NCBI RefSeq assembly: GCF_902713615.1
Contig: NC_052154.1
Coordinates: 137,929,263-137,993,262, forward strand
DNA: 64,000 nt
Reading direction: 5' to 3'
Origin: Scyliorhinus canicula
Taxonomy: Eukaryota
Below are positions 12,930-27,251 of the stretch, one piece after another. A model generated the notes under the pieces. That model saw only the letters and a program-made list of their open reading frames with translations. It was not told the DNA's origin and did no database searches. The number at the start of each line of letters is the position of its first letter. Position 1 is the first letter of the stretch. The translations under genes and the position numbers were made by a program.

Positions 12930-15830
12930 GTAATGTACTGCTATCTATGGGACATACTAAGGATCTCTGTAAAAGAGAAGCAGTTTTCACTCATTGCCAG
13001 AGGCAAGCACGTGGTGTGAGAACATGGGCTTGGAACAATTGCAGGCTTTACCGTGCTTCAGGATGCATTGAGTGCAAGCATGTATTCACATTTCGATTCA
13101 GCCATTTTTATCAACCAAAATGGACCCATTTCTTCATTGTGAAGCTTGTGTCTGACTACAGGCAGCGAGACATGTAGATGAATATCCGCTCGCCTAACAG
13201 CAGTTACGATTATTTCATTCTGTGACCTTTTTCCACTTCTATCTGTATCTGATCCACAACAACAGGCTGGCTACTGGGCAAGGAGGATTATCTGGTCATG
13301 ACATGGTTCACGATACCAAAGCGAAACTTATGCGCATGTGCACTGCAAGGTCAACAGTGTGAGTGGAGCCATCACAAGGAATAATATAGAGAATACCAGT
13401 GACCTCCCCAAGCAAGGTTTCTACTTCATGGAGCACTCTGGAAGAACTCTGGAATACTCAGCTGAGTAAGTATGAAGATTTGTGACAGTGTGCTGCATCA
13501 GGCACTACCTGGTTGTTATGAGGCGACAGTAGTCACAAGCTATTCGGTGAGAAGCTGAGGTGCACGACCATGAGGAAGAGGAGGCTGTTGTGGAGGAGGA
13601 GGAGGTGGAGGATGAGGAGCAGGCAGTGCAAGAGGAAGTTGAGGAAACAGAAGGGCAAAGGTGACTACAATATGGACAATCTTTTTCTGCCCAAGCACTA
13701 TGTTATCAGATTATTTATGATTGATACAAATATTTTAACTTGACCTCCCCATTCAACAGCCCCACAATCCTCACCTTTCCTCGATCATTGACCATCACGA
13801 TTTTCTTTATGATGAAACAAAATGAGAAACATTAATAAATGCAAATTCAAGTGTAATTTTATAAATTCATTCATTAAATGAATTATGTTTCAGTATTTCC
13901 ATAGTTTCTGTCTTTCATGTGCCTCTGCCTATCCCAGTGTTCCTATGAGGTGCTCCCACAGTGGATAAACTGGTGGCAGACTGTTGGCTTTCAACTGGGG
14001 AGATTGGAGATGGTTTTGGAGGATAGTCTCTTGCAACAGTGGTGGAGTAGTATCCAAAGCCACAATGTCAGCAGTCTGAGCTATGATGCAGGCTGTTTGC
14101 AATAAAAGCCATGACGTTGGTCATCAGATGTTGTATCATAGCTGGTGCACGGATGGGTTTGACTACTCATTCCATGTTGGAAAAGTTGCAGTCCAAGCTC
14201 TGGCTGAAGGCCTGAACCAAACTGGTGGTGGATTCCTTCAGGCACCTTTACATTGTGAGGAGGCTTTCTGGAAAGTTTTGCAGTGCACCAAGGTTTTGAT
14301 TGTGTGGACCATCAGCCTTCTGTAACTTGGTCCATTTATCTTACTTTTCTACAGCAAAATCCATCTGTGACCTCACACTCTTGAGAGTAAGGAGAGGGAT
14401 TGGATAGTCCTGAGGGAAAAGGAGAAAGTGTGAAGTACATGCTTATTCAAGTCTGCAGCTTGTGAGTCAGAAGCGATTGTCGGAAGAAAGGAGGATTAGA
14501 CAGACAGGTACCCTCACCATCCATCTTTCTATTCCCCATCTACAGTCATGGACCCAGCAGTGCTGGCTCTCATGGCTAGCACTGTCTCCACCATAGGGAT
14601 AAATGTGTGGTGATGTGTTTGTCCTCCTCCAGTTCTTTCCCGTTGCCTCCTATTCGCACCATCTTCTCCTGTCAGTGAGTGTGCTGCAGTATGTTTGAAT
14701 GATGTGGCAGTCATGGTTGAATACCTACCTGTGTTTATGTGCTGTCAGTAGATGGGTGTATGAATTGCCACTGTATGATGGCGAGGTAAAACAGATATGT
14801 TGAAGGGTTCAGTAATGATTGACATAGATTGCTGGTAGGAAGCTGATGAGAGTGTAGTTGAGTTATGAATGAAGCAGTTGGTAGGTTATGCCACTCAACA
14901 ATTCATGTGGTATTATAAAATATCTTTCCACATCATGCCCAGGTTTTTTTGTTCATTGGATGTGGGCATCGCTGGCTGGGCCAGCATTTATTGCCCATTC
15001 TGAATTGCCCTGGAACTGAGTGTTTGCTCGGTCAATTCAGAGGGCACTTCAGAGTCAACCATATTGCTGTAGGACTGGAGTCACATGCCAGCCAGACCAG
15101 ATAAGGATGGTAGATTTCCTTCCCTAAAGGGCATCAGTGAACCAAGTGGGACAATTAATAAATGACAATGGTTTCATGGTCATCATTAGACTTTTAATTC
15201 CAGATTTTTGTGGTGCAATTCGAACCTGGGTCTCTGAGTATTACCCTGGGTCTCTGGAAACTAGTCCAGTGACAATACCACTATGCCACTGCCTCCCTTC
15301 TTGGTATGGACCACCTGTTTCCACTGCCTTCAGAACATATGTCCTGAGGATTTAGAGTCATTGAATCTCTATGGTTCAGAAGGAGGCCATTCGACCCATT
15401 GGGTCTGCATCAATCCTCTGAAAGAGCACCCTACCTGGGCTCACACCCCCATCCCATCCCCACAGCCCCACCTAACCTGCACATCCCTGACTCTAAGGGG
15501 CAATTTTATCATGGCCAATCCACATAACCTGCACATCTTGGACTGTGAGAGAAAACCGGGAAACCCGGAGGAAACCCACACAGTCACGGGGAGAACTCGC
15601 AAACTCCACACACACAGTCACCCAAGGCCGGAAGTGAACCTGGATCCCTGGTGCTGTGAGGCATCAGTGATAGCCACTGTGTCCCCATGCTCTCCCTCTC
15701 TCTCCATATCTTGCACCAAGGTTTCCAGTACATTATCTCTTGCATGTTTTGCCATTGCGTCAATCTTTCACAGCAGAATCAGTTCACAAAAGGCTCCCGC
15801 CAATTCCTCCAGTCACAGTGCCGTGCTCTT
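12930..15830. mobile_element. Decayed PIF/Harbinger transposon: transposase remnant (+) converging on Myb/SANT remnant (-), interrupted by SINEs
   Basis: 13262: TGWLLGKEDYLVMTWFTIP (cf. HARBI1-type GWLLGDxGY...WLxTP) then an acidic tail; ORF 14529..14714 ANRRQRERTGGG typical of the Myb partner. Confidence 0.6.
15351..15690 (-). mobile_element. HE1-like SINE
   Basis: Family motifs CCGGAGGAAACCCAC and GGCCAATCCAC. Confidence 0.8.
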
Positions 15831-17157
15831 TAAGAGGTGCAGGCTGTCTTTAAGTAGCGCTAGTCACTCATGCTATCGGGTCCTCTGCTGCTTCGTGCAG
15901 GCAATGAACAGTGCCAGTAGCACTGGCTGAATGCAGAAATCATATGAAGTAGCAGGCAGAAGGAATATAATGTGCAGCCTTTGACAAAATGAACCACTGT
16001 GAGTTAATCACACAGTGTCATCCTCTTGCTTGTTTTTGATGGGCATCCAGTTCAGCTTCCAACCAAATTTAAACTCATATTTGTTGTTCCCCTGCCAACA
16101 TGTTAATAGGTAAAATGCTTTTTTTAAATAAAATCCAGTCAGGTTTTGTATAGTAATGTACATAATGGGAAATATTGAAAGACATCAAGGTAGAATAAAG
16201 ATTTGCAACAGTATAGAAAAGATTAGTTTTTCAATGTTGCTACTTAGCTACATGTTACTTTACCGCAGAAGGGTCTACAATTCAAAACTACTGCATTGGC
16301 CATGAAGCACTTTGGGGAGTATTGAGCTGCTGAAAGGTGCTCTCTGAACGCAAGTCTTTTTTTCTTTCTTCACAGTTTCATTGTACTCATTCTTCAATAA
16401 TGGCATGAAACTTAGGGAGGGTTAGAGGGCATTAATAATAGATATTAACAGAATTAGATTTATGATACTTTTGAACTACAGCCGCCATAGAACATGCAGA
16501 AGGTAAAATCTGTTTTTTAATGAACTTCAGAATATGAATATTTAGATTAACTGTGCTGCAGGCAAAAACATCCATTTATCGTCATCAGCTCAGGAGGAAT
16601 AATTGAAAACTGTCATGCTGCATTTTTAGAAATATGGTTGATCTTCCATGAGATCATCTTGCCGATAGGTAGAATGGGCATGAAGCGGACAGGGATAATG
16701 TGGGTCAGTGGCTGGCTGGCCTGCGGGTCTACAGCACTACAGAATAGGCAAGGAGAGTGAAAGAAAAATTGTTGGTTTCTAATGTTTGCCACATTTATCA
16801 TGTTGCACTGGAAGGACAGGGTACATCCTAATTGCCGCTCCATTCCCAGTTGAGGTCAGGATAGTTTCCCTGTGTCATTGTTAGTGTATTCTTGACGTGG
16901 CATTTTGCTGCTGTGTAAATTGGTAATGGCCATGGCTACTTTCAGCTTTAGATCTTACAAAACGGACTCTACATTCATACAGCTCAACTTTTCTATTGAA
17001 TGCATAGGTTTAGTGGTGCCAAGGAACAAACGTTGCACTCCAATTCAGAACCAAAGTGGTATTAGCCTGGCTAGGAGTTAGTTTAAAAATTAAATTTGTC
17101 CAAATTTGCTGTTTCAAACGTGACTCACCAGAGATTTTAAAGATTGTGCTCGCATAT

Positions 17158-17503
17158 AGAACATAGATAGAACAGTACAGCACAGAACAGGCCCTTCAGC
17201 CCTCGATGTTGTGCCGAGCAATGATCACCCTACTCAAACCCACGTATCCACCCTATACCCGTAACCCAACAACCCCCTCCTTAACCTTACTTTTTAGGAC
17301 ACTACGAGCAATTTAGCATGGCCAATCCACCTAACCCGCACATCTTTGGACTGTGGGAGGAAACCGGAGCACCCGGAGGAAACCCACGCACACACGGCGA
17401 GGACGTGCAGACTCCGCACAGACAGTGACCCAGCCGGGAATCGAACCTGGGACCCTGGAGCTGTGAAGCATTTATGCTAACCACCATGCTACCGTGCTGC
17501 CCC
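17158..17503 (-). mobile_element. HE1-like SINE, full length
   Basis: Starts GGGGCAGCACGGTAGCATGG on - strand; near-identical to 35739-36076. Confidence 0.85.
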
Positions 17504-17715
17504 AATATGGAGCAGATTAAAATTCTACTCAGGGCATGGACTATTTCCATGGACTACTGAAAGTAGTTCTGCTGGACTAATGGAAATGAGAGGAAGAATG
17601 TTTAAGTGTCTAATTTTTGCTGGTCTTGGGCAAAAGTTAGAATATGCTTTAGTCCATTGTGATCTCAGGAGAAAGGAGTATGCATCAAACCTATACTGGT
17701 CTAATGGAAAGAAAG

Positions 17716-18045
17716 GGGCATGGTGGCACTGTGATTAGCACTGCTGCCTCACGGTGCCAGGACTCAGGTTCAATTCGGCCTTAGGTGACTGTCTGTGAGA
17801 AGTTTGCACGTTCTCCCTGGGTGCTCCTGTTTCCTCCCACAGACCAAATATGTGCAGGTTAGGTGGACTAGCCAAGTTAAATTGCCCCTTAGAGCCCAAA
17901 GATATGCAGGTTATGTGGGGTTATGATTATAGGGTGGGTGATTGGGCCTAGGTAGGGTGTTCTTTCAGAGAGCCGATGCAGACTCGATGGGCCAAATGGC
18001 CTCCTTCTGCACTTTAGGGATTCTATGGATTCTATGGATTTTATG
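17716..18045 (+). mobile_element. HE1-like SINE
   Basis: GGGGCATGGTGG...GGTTCAATTC...GATTCTATG tail. Confidence 0.8.
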
Positions 18046-19401
18046 AAAGAGAGATGGGCTTTAGGTTCAGTTGGTTTCCTGCAGCACAGATTCTAAAGAA
18101 TCAGGAGTACGTCAAAAACTGAGGCCTGGAAAAAAACAAGATTTTCTCCCTATACCTCGTCTTCTGTTTGCAGGACAATCTTCCGGTTCGAGTTCTAGCT
18201 GATTTTGCCCGAACGCAGAAGAAGATCTACTGACACAGAGCCACGACCCATCATTTTTCAGCGAAAAGCACCTGGCCTGGGCCAGGGAAAATAGACTGCT
18301 CTGATATTCATATTCAGACATTTTTGTAATCACTTCTTGCTGAACATTAGATTAAATGTAATTAAGGCTTATGAAATCTTTATACCCATTGATCATGCAT
18401 TTTATTCTCTTTTACCATGTGCTGGGCCAGGATAACTTTTCTTTTCATTCCAACAGTTATTGAAACCTGAAAATATTTATAAAGAGCCTTCCCTAAAGAG
18501 GCTGTATGGGTTAATGCCCATATTAGATTGCACTCAATTTATGGTACTACCCATTTTGATGGGTCAAGTTTAGCAAATTCAAAGAAAAATAATTAGGCCA
18601 CCTTGAGGATGTGATACTAATAGATTAATTCATTTCTTCAACGACAACAAGCTGAAAATGTCAGCATAGAACCGGTGTCAAGAGTCTAATGTAAGAATAG
18701 AGTAAGGTTCATGTGTTAGAGACACCAAAATAAATACGTTCCCACTATAATTTGACTCGCAATATAGTGCTAATTTTATTTTACTTCAAAACACAATTTT
18801 AATAGAAGCCTACAGCTCATGGGATTCACAGCTTTGTGAAGTGCAATGTTGTTCCTGTTGCTGTTGCTAAGCAGAGTTTGTGTGGAAGCCAATAGAGCTT
18901 TGGAGTGGGAAACTAAGTGATGATTAAAAAGAATCTGGTTTGGGTATTGAATTGGTCGTGGCCTTGGTTCAAAGCTTAAAAAATGGTTATGTTGAGTCCT
19001 GAAACTGTTACTCGCAAGAAAAAAAATTTGATTTTCTTAAATCAGCAAGTAACGAGAATATGGAATTTGGTAACATTTGGAGTGATTTTGACAAATAATT
19101 TTAACCTTTAAGGGGAAGCTGAATAAATGCACAAGGGTAAAAGAAATAGAAGAACATATTGATAGGATTAGACAAAGAAGGGCAATGAGGTGGATTATGT
19201 GGAACATTAATAGTGAGTGGCCTGTTTCTGTGCTGTAATTTCTATGTAATCTATATTAAATCAAGTGGCCGGATTCTATGTACAATGTGACCATTTACAC
19301 CCTGCAGTACACCCTGCCTCACCAATGTAATTATCCTTTTGATAATCTAGCATAGAATTGAGGTAATTCATACTTAATCCAATTATTGACCTGTACTCAA
19401 T

Positions 19402-21574
19402 GGCCGGAATCTTCCGTTCTGGAATCTGCGTTAGGTGACAGGAGCGGAAGTGGGACTGACTTCTGCTAGGTTTGGTATGGTTGGCCAGGCACAATCTTGC
19501 ACTGCTCAGCTTATTATAAATGCATCTGTGAGAATCCTGTTGATTCTTATGGCGGGGCAGGACAGGAAGTACCCATCCCTGCCCTTACCTCATGGGGTCC
19601 AAGGTCTATGTGCCATATTTAAACAAAACCTGGACAGCCATTCATTCACGGCTAGCCAGGAGCTCCATATTACTCACCCATAACGTTTCAAAGCAGACAA
19701 TGCTCAGTGAAGCTTCCCCGGAGGCTCCCCTGCAGGAAAGGCCAGAATGGCAGAAGGAGACCCTCCATCCTGAATATGGCACAGGCAAAGACCACAATAG
19801 ACGTTAGCACCCATGAGGCCCACAAAAGAACTGTCTAATTGTACAGAAAGAGGATAAACAATCTACTGTACTCTGCCAAAGTAAATGGCACTGTTTACTC
19901 ACTACGAAGTGACACTTATAAGGGTGCATCAGGCAGTGTAAGTGTGCATGTGTATAGGGATGTCAGGCAGGAGTTTGGCTTGCAGGACTCAGCAGCAGAT
20001 AGGACATGTGCACTGAATGTGTGGCAATAACTTCATGATCTCACTTTTTTTAAGCAATCACAGGACATCCTGCTTGTTAATTGCCGACTGGGAAGGGCAA
20101 AGGAACTGCCATTATCATGAATACTCCTAAGCTGCTCCTGCACCCATTGGGATGATAATCAATACTTCTGTCTATCTGCAGGACAAGAATAATCACAATA
20201 AGAGGGAATGGGTCAAGACCCTAGCCAGAATTCCGGACATTTGTGTCCTTACCCTTTTGAGGAGCAGGCCATCAAGGGAGCCTGGGAGGTACAGGCCAAT
20301 GCCTGGTGAGATAGGGCGCTCCTGGCAAGCCAGTGAGGATGCCTTCAGTCTGCAGTTGTGAGATTCACCAACACAGTAACAGTTGTTTAATTAAAGAGCC
20401 TGCTTAAGCATCTACTTAATCTTTCTCTTCTCCATTCTAACTACTAGCAAGGAAAGAGAGAAGCCCACAATAGAGTCAAACCATAGCTCCATTTGCAACC
20501 TGAACTCTGAGGATGATGCCTCAGAGGATACACCATCACAAAATTTACCTGCACCCTCCACCAGTGCAGACATATTAATCTCAGAGGGTGCATATTCTAG
20601 AGTTGGCTCAGGGTCACAGTCTGGTGAGCACATCACTGACACGGGTACAGCTGGTGGAGGAATTGACAGCTGAGGTCTGTGACACACAGAGGACTTCTGG
20701 AGACCAGACCCCTGCTGAACCCTATGCAGATGATGAGCCTCTGGACTCAGCCATAAGAATCATTTTGGAGATGCAGAGGCAAGCAGGGGAGCATCAGGCA
20801 AAGATGCCATTGTCCATGCAGAGACAGAACTGAAGGTTTGAAGAGTCCATCCACATTCTGTCGGCTATCATGGCTCCAGCATGCAAGAGCTTGGCTGCCT
20901 CCATGGAAAGGGTGGTGGCTACCTTGGAGTCACAGATGCAGAAGAACACACAGTGACTGGCAGATGTGTGCTCGGACCTGTAATCTATCGTCTCGCCATG
21001 GATGTAATGCAGCAATGAATAGACGATGGTGGAAGGGCACCTTGACATCCCTTCAGAAGCCCCTTCACTTCAAGCAGTCAGGGAGGTATAATCAGGCCCT
21101 AACAGAGAAGAGAAGTGCAAGCAAAATACCCTGGGGGCTTCAGTCCAGGACACTCCAAGGGTGCCCTGCCACTCCCCCTCCTGTCTGCCTGTGACCCCAT
21201 TGCCTCCAGCAGGTCAGGCTGAAGAGGATGCACCTGTACCCGTGCAGAAGACCCATAGCAGGCTAATGAGGGACAGCTAAGCTCCAGACCACCAGACGAT
21301 GTCGGCCAGAATCATCACAATCAATAGGGCATAGCAATCAGTAGGCTGCCTCCACCTCAGTGTGGATGTTGGGGCTGCTTCTCCACATAGTAATAGAAAA
21401 AGGAAGATACAGGCGTTTTGGAGGCACACAAGTGGTATAGGTGGACAACCATTGTATATACTTTTGGGACCTGTAAGTAAATATTCACCTGCACAGGTTG
21501 GAAGTGTCCTGCATTCCGTCTTGCTGCTAGTTGCTTCAATGGTCGCGGTCATTTCAGATTTGGAATTTGGGCCC
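19402..21574 (+). mobile_element. Harbinger-derived element with decayed spliced Myb/SANT-like gene
   Basis: TIR-like ends GGCCGGAATCTTCC...GGAATTTGGGCCC; exon-like pieces RKRINNLLYSAK|gtaaat and cag|DKNNHNKREWVKT...PDICVLT. Confidence 0.55.
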
Positions 21575-21600
21575 CATCAGAGTCTGATAATGAAATCCTA

Positions 21601-21912
21601 GCAAGTGGTTAGCACTGTGGCTTCACAGCGCGAGGGACCTGGGTTCGATTCCCGGCTTGGGTCACTGTCTGTGCGAAGTCTGCACGTTCTCCCCATGTCT
21701 GCGTAGTTTTCATCCGGGTGCTCCGGTTTCCTCCTACAGTTCAAAGATGTGCATGGATTAGCCATGCTAAATTGTCCTTAGGTTAGGTGGGGTTACTGGG
21801 TTACGGGGATAAGATGGAAATGTGGGCTTGGGAAGGGGCTGTTTCCAAGGGCCGGTGCAGACCCAATGGGACTAATGGCCTCTTTCTGCACTGTAAATTC
21901 TATGATTCTATG
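21601..21912 (+). mobile_element. HE1-like SINE
   Basis: GGTTCGATTCCCGG B box; TTCTATG tail. Confidence 0.8.
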
Positions 21913-23559
21913 ATAAGATGCACGTCTCACACATTGTTAACATAATGATTGATTAATAATCTCACATGTGCATGGTTAATCACTGGCACTCATTTGTGAA
22001 TGTGCAGTCTAGGCACACATAATGGAAGCCATTACTTGCATACCATGCTCTGACCACTGAAAATGAACTCAGTGAGGTCATTGCATCTCCTGTTGCTGTT
22101 GCCCTGATGTGAAATATGGATGCAACCAAGGAGTACTCAAGGGAAGTTAAATCTGCTACTGTGTGGCAAGGAACACTGTGCATGCAGTTTTAGGGGTGAA
22201 AGGGTGAATCTCTACACTGCATTCTTAACAGAAGAAAACCAGAGGCTGCCCTACCAGTTTGGAGAAAGCTATGTTGAGCACATCCAATCATTACTGGCTG
22301 TTCTTAGCGATTTGTCAATTTGAGCTAACATGCAGATGAAGGCTGCAAGTAAGGAGACAACAGGTAAGTTAACCCTGACTAAAAGAGGGATTGGAACAGT
22401 TGACTGAAACCTTTGTCAGACCCCACATAGAGAATTGTTTGGCCTGTTTGTCTGCTTATCAAGGGTTGCAGTAGCCTTGCAACCAAAATGTATTGGACAT
22501 CACTGAAGGACTGGGTCTTAGTTCATGAGGTAGGATAGAGTAAAATGAGCTTATGTGCTGGACTATGCATGACTGTGAGTCTATCCATGTGAAGAACCAA
22601 TAGTCCTAACAGGGTTCTGCACAGTCCATGCAGGAAAGGTGGACTGAGGTGTTCCCTATAACCGATCAAAGTCTTGCACTAATAGTGAGCCCATTTATGA
22701 CTTAGACAGAGTTCCTGCGATTGGAGGATCCAGACTGGTTGCTATTCAACAACCTATAGTGCAAGTGAGGTACTCTCGGTGAGTGGACTTTAAAGTAACC
22801 ATAAAGATGTCAAGAGATGTTGGTTTACTATGGTGATCAAGGTCCACAGTAACCTTCTCTGATCAATCTGTATGGAGGAGAGATCTTGAGGGCCGAATAC
22901 TGTTCTCATGGGCCTCCTTCATGCGCACCCATATCTGTCTCTGCTTGAAAGAGCTCTAAGCAAGGTCTAATGCCTTTTGGGAGAGGTGTGAGGATAACAT
23001 GAGTGCATCCCTGCAAAGGTAAGATCTTTTGGTCCCCCACCTCCATGTTTCTCAGCAGCGTGCCATTTGCTGGTGGCGAGATTCTCTACTCTTGCACTTG
23101 TCAATGGGATTTCCCATTGAAGACATCCCACGCCATCAGGAAACAGCAGGTGAGGGTGCGTTGCCAGTGGGAATAGAGAATCCCGATGACTGGAGAATTT
23201 TGGCCATGATATTACTTTTAAGTTGCCATGGACTTTGTGAGGGCATGGGGAAAAATTTAAATTCTACTTACAGGTGCCTGAGGATGTGGGCGAATGGATT
23301 GCTGTGCATGTTTTAGTGCATGCATTTAATGTCCGGGCTCTGTATATCAAATCAATTTGACACATGCAAAGGATAAACCACCAGAAGTGCAGAAGTTAAA
23401 TAGTGTAATTTAATTCAGCTATCATAAATACAAGCATATTAGAGTAAAGTATAATGTCTGTAACCAAAAAGCAGCTGTAGTCTGCCAACCAGCACAGAAA
23501 TCCAAATAGTAAAGGAAATCTCTCAGTAGCTTACTCCGTCAGGAATCTGTTACCTATCT

Positions 23560-24480
23560 GATTGTCACTTGGGCCTGTCTGCCATGTTGTACCTTTGAAA
23601 AAGCTTCAGCTGTGGATCCGCAACATCCTGACCCTCATCAACAACATTCCCTTCACTGTTCTCATCACCATGTCTTCCTCAGCCTAGACCTTTTACAGCA
23701 CTTTGTAACTAGATGTGCAGGGCGTAGCAGACAACAATGATCTGCGACACTGTCTATGGTAAATATTGGAGAACTCCATCTGAGTGATCCAAATATCTGG
23801 ATCCCATCTTGAGGAGACCTATTGTCCACTCAATGGTGGACCTTATGGAGGTACTTGGGGCATTGTATGCCTCTTCCGCAACACTCTGCTGATAGTGAGC
23901 TGGCATCATTAACCAGGTTTTCTAGGGATATCACTTATCCACAAGAAACCAGCCCTACAATCATCAAAATACCTTAAATGTCTGTGGCACCTGGGTAAGA
24001 ATTTATGCAATGTGAGAAGTTCCTTGGAACTGAGCAGAAACAGACAGGATTTGCCTTCTGTGATCATATATTAGCTGTACTTCAAAGAGTGGAAAACTTT
24101 CCTATTGATGAATGTGACTGACTGTTGCCAGGGAGCTCACAAGGCCGCATCTGTGCAGACAATAGCACTTTGCAATTGAAGGAATCCTATGATTGCTGCA
24201 AAGCCCAACACTCTTGTAGTCAGGCTGTCATGATTCAGGTGTAACTGGATCACCACCCGGATGCAATTCTGAGTTGTTGGCTGGGAGATGCTGCATAGGC
24301 CCACAGTAGAGCGCTGGTAGGAACCTCTGGCAAAGAAGTTCAAGGCACAAGATACCTTTACTACCACTGGCAAGGGACTACCTGTGGAGAAGCTGGCAGA
24401 TGTGAACAACCACATCCCAGGACACTGTAAGGTGCCTCCAGTGTTACCTTTAACCCATCTGTAGATAGCGGCACCCCCTG
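23560..24480 (-). mobile_element. Decayed Harbinger (HARBI1-like DDE) transposase
   Basis: ORF 24137..24415 LPVVVKVSCALNFFARGSYQ...ISQPT..CI; downstream fragments include 'DKxYP', 'FKMGSRYLD' and 'IIVVCYALH'. Confidence 0.75.
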
Positions 24481-25469
24481 CGATCTACCCAAATTTGGGC
24501 TCATGCTCATCGTCACACTGGCCCCTTGTTGCCAGTGTCCTGACCTTCTTGAGGTCCTGTTGCCTCTTGTTACTCAGGCTGTTGCTCCTCCTAATACTGG
24601 GCTAACCTGCACTGCTCCCTCTTCGTCCTCATCCGGACTAGAGCCAGAAGCAAGGCAGGATTGCTTGGAGATTGCGCCATCTAGGCCTTTGATCAGTGGA
24701 TCTGTGAATGAATTGCAGTAATCAACCTCGTGAACACATTCTATTTGGGTTCGCTTCCATCTCAGAATCACCAAGCCAGTACTAAGTCCTGTGCCTGGCT
24801 TCTATGAAGACAAGACATCCCTACCACCCCTTCCAAGTGATAGATGACCTTGCGGAACAACGCTGAGCATTCTTCACGTTTATACATGACTGTGCATGGA
24901 GACATCGCTCTTTGACCTGTGTGATCACACTCATGTGAGTAACCTTCCTCAGACACTGCTCAGCTTGCCTCCATTACATTTGAGACTCTATAGAGAGATC
25001 CTTGCCTTGGCAACATAGAGAAACTTACCACATGAGCCCTTGTTGGCTATGCCCATTCACCTGGGAGGATGGAGGTTTGGAGTTGGGGACTTGCTGCCCC
25101 TTGGAGGCATTCACCTCCTTCCCTCCCTTCCTCTGAAAGCAGCACATGACAAATGGCACAGAATGAATGGCAGCTCCAAATCTTGCTGGGATCTTGATGC
25201 TATGAGACCCAAGAGTCATGGAAGAATCCTGCTGCTGTGTGGGCTTTACCATAGAGAGGAGAACACAGCTAAACATGGTTTTCATCCAGGTGCCTCATGA
25301 TCATTACAGCCTCTTTAGTTGGCCAATTGAGCTCGCCTTGAACTCCACCCACCCAAAAAGACCCTCCCATTTGAAGGGATCACAGTTTCAGAACAACAGC
25401 ATTGTATAACTAAGAGTTCCTAAAAGTTGAGCGTAACATGCAAGGCTCACTCGACCATCTTGTATTTCC

Positions 25470-25687
25470 TTTTTTTTTAAATTTAGAGTAGTCAATTCAT
25501 TTTTTCCAATTAAGGGTCAATTTAGCGTGGCCAATCCACCTACCCTGCACATCTTTGGGTTGTGAGGGCGAAACCTACGCAAACACGGGGAGAATGTGCA
25601 AACTCCACACGGACAGTGACCCAGAGCCGGGATCGAACCTGGGACTTTGGCGCCATGAGGCAGCAGTGTGATCCACTGTGCCGCCCC
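25470..25687 (-). mobile_element. HE1-like SINE (short variant)
   Basis: GGATCGAACC and GGAGAATGTGCAAACTCCAC motifs. Confidence 0.8.
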
Positions 25688-25825
25688 AACCTTGTATTTC
25701 CTTACTGGCAGGGAACTTAATTTGGAGGGGAAATTCAATTTCGGTGATGACTTTTTAATGAGCATGCATGACATTCTAATATATGTATCAGGGCTGCCCA
25801 ACCTTTAATGTCCCAAGAACCTATT

Positions 25826-25982
25826 TCATAGAATTTCATAGAAGTTTCACAGAATTTACAGTGCAGAAGGAGGCCATTCGGCCCATCGAGTCTGCACCGG
25901 CTCTTGGAAAGAGCACCCGACCCAAGCCCATACCTCCACCCTATCCCCATAACCCAGTAACCCCACCTAACACTAAGGGCAA
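25826..25982 (-). mobile_element. HE1-like SINE 3' fragment
   Basis: GAATTTACAGTGCAGAAGGAGGCCATTCGGCCC tail. Confidence 0.75.
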
Positions 25983-26854
25983 TAAGTGCTGGAGCTCTTA
26001 GATTTGGGTTTGAGATAAGAGCGACATGTACACTGGAAAAAAAATTATGTTTGTTTAGCTGTTGGTGGCACGAAAGCTGCACAAAATCTCCTGTTTAGAC
26101 CAGTAGCAAGTGAGACTTGCCTGCATAAAGGAACAAGTTGACACAGGCTTCTTTTTTTAACCAACTATCAACTTGTATATTTATTTAGGCCTCACTTCAG
26201 CAGTTGGATCACAGCTCTGCCACATTTACAATCTGGTCACAGTTTAATTCTTTTTTTTAAACTGCTTTTAGCTCGCTTCACAATGACAGAGTAATGACAT
26301 CTCTGAGTGTTCTTTTTTCTCCTTTTCATTATTGTAGGGTCAGCATTCTGCCACCCCAATTTGAGAATTCCACTGCTTTCTCTCAGTTCCACTTATTACT
26401 CTTCACACAGAAGTGATTATCAGAATACACTTGCTATTATTTGGACTAAGTCACTTTCACTTGTAACGGTTGCGTCTGACAGCTCTGGCAGAATCAATCC
26501 TTTTTTTTCCCCAGCTGTTTCCATGAAGTTTTATATTCCAACAAGCTTCGAAATTACTCATATTGAGGATACAATTGGTCAAAGCCTGATTGTACTCATT
26601 ATAGCTCATTATAGCTGCAATTTGGAATCAGTGACCCACTTAAGGATGGTAGGCAATTGGGCCCAGGTTAGGGACGGAGAACGGCACCAGGGTGGAAGAT
26701 CATGGTTCAGGCTGATCTTTGTGTGATAATTGGCTGGCAGAATGTAACACAGCTTGGAAAGGGGCTAGGTAAGGGAAGTAGGGGATATAGTGCTGGCTGA
26801 AGGGGTGAGGGTGCGATTGGGCCCCCAGGTGTTCAACAGGTGAGTAGAGTAAGG

Positions 26855-27220
26855 GGGCGGCATTCTCTGATCCTGAGACAAATTGTTGACACCATCGTAA
26901 ATGCCGTTGTGTTTCTCGACGGCATCAACATGCCCTCAGGAGCAGCGATTCTGACCCCTACAAGGAGCCAGCACGGCACTGGAGCGACCCACGCCGCTCC
27001 AGCTGCTGATACCAGCGTCAGATGGGCGCCGCGGGTCTGCGCATGCGCAGTGGGACAGCTCCCTTCTCCGCGCTGGCCCCGACGCAACATGACGTAGGGC
27101 TACAGGGGCCGGCGCGGAACTAAAGAGGCCCCCAGCCCGAGAGGCTGGCCTGCCATCGGGAGGCCCCGATTGCGGGCCAGGCCACAGCGGAGGCCCCCCC
27201 GGGGTCAAACCCCCCCCTCT

Positions 27221-27251
<31 letters not shown>

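Noticed and set aside
15283-15930. 215-aa ORF
   Set aside because: Runs through an antisense HE1-like SINE and Harbinger remnant; chance frame
17440-17503. tRNA genes at SINE heads
   Set aside because: A/B boxes belong to tRNA-derived SINEs; no cloverleaf
27221-27249. Poly-C tracts (also 267-300) as functional G4/i-motif elements
   Set aside because: Homopolymer expansions within repeats; lengths unreliable in assemblies
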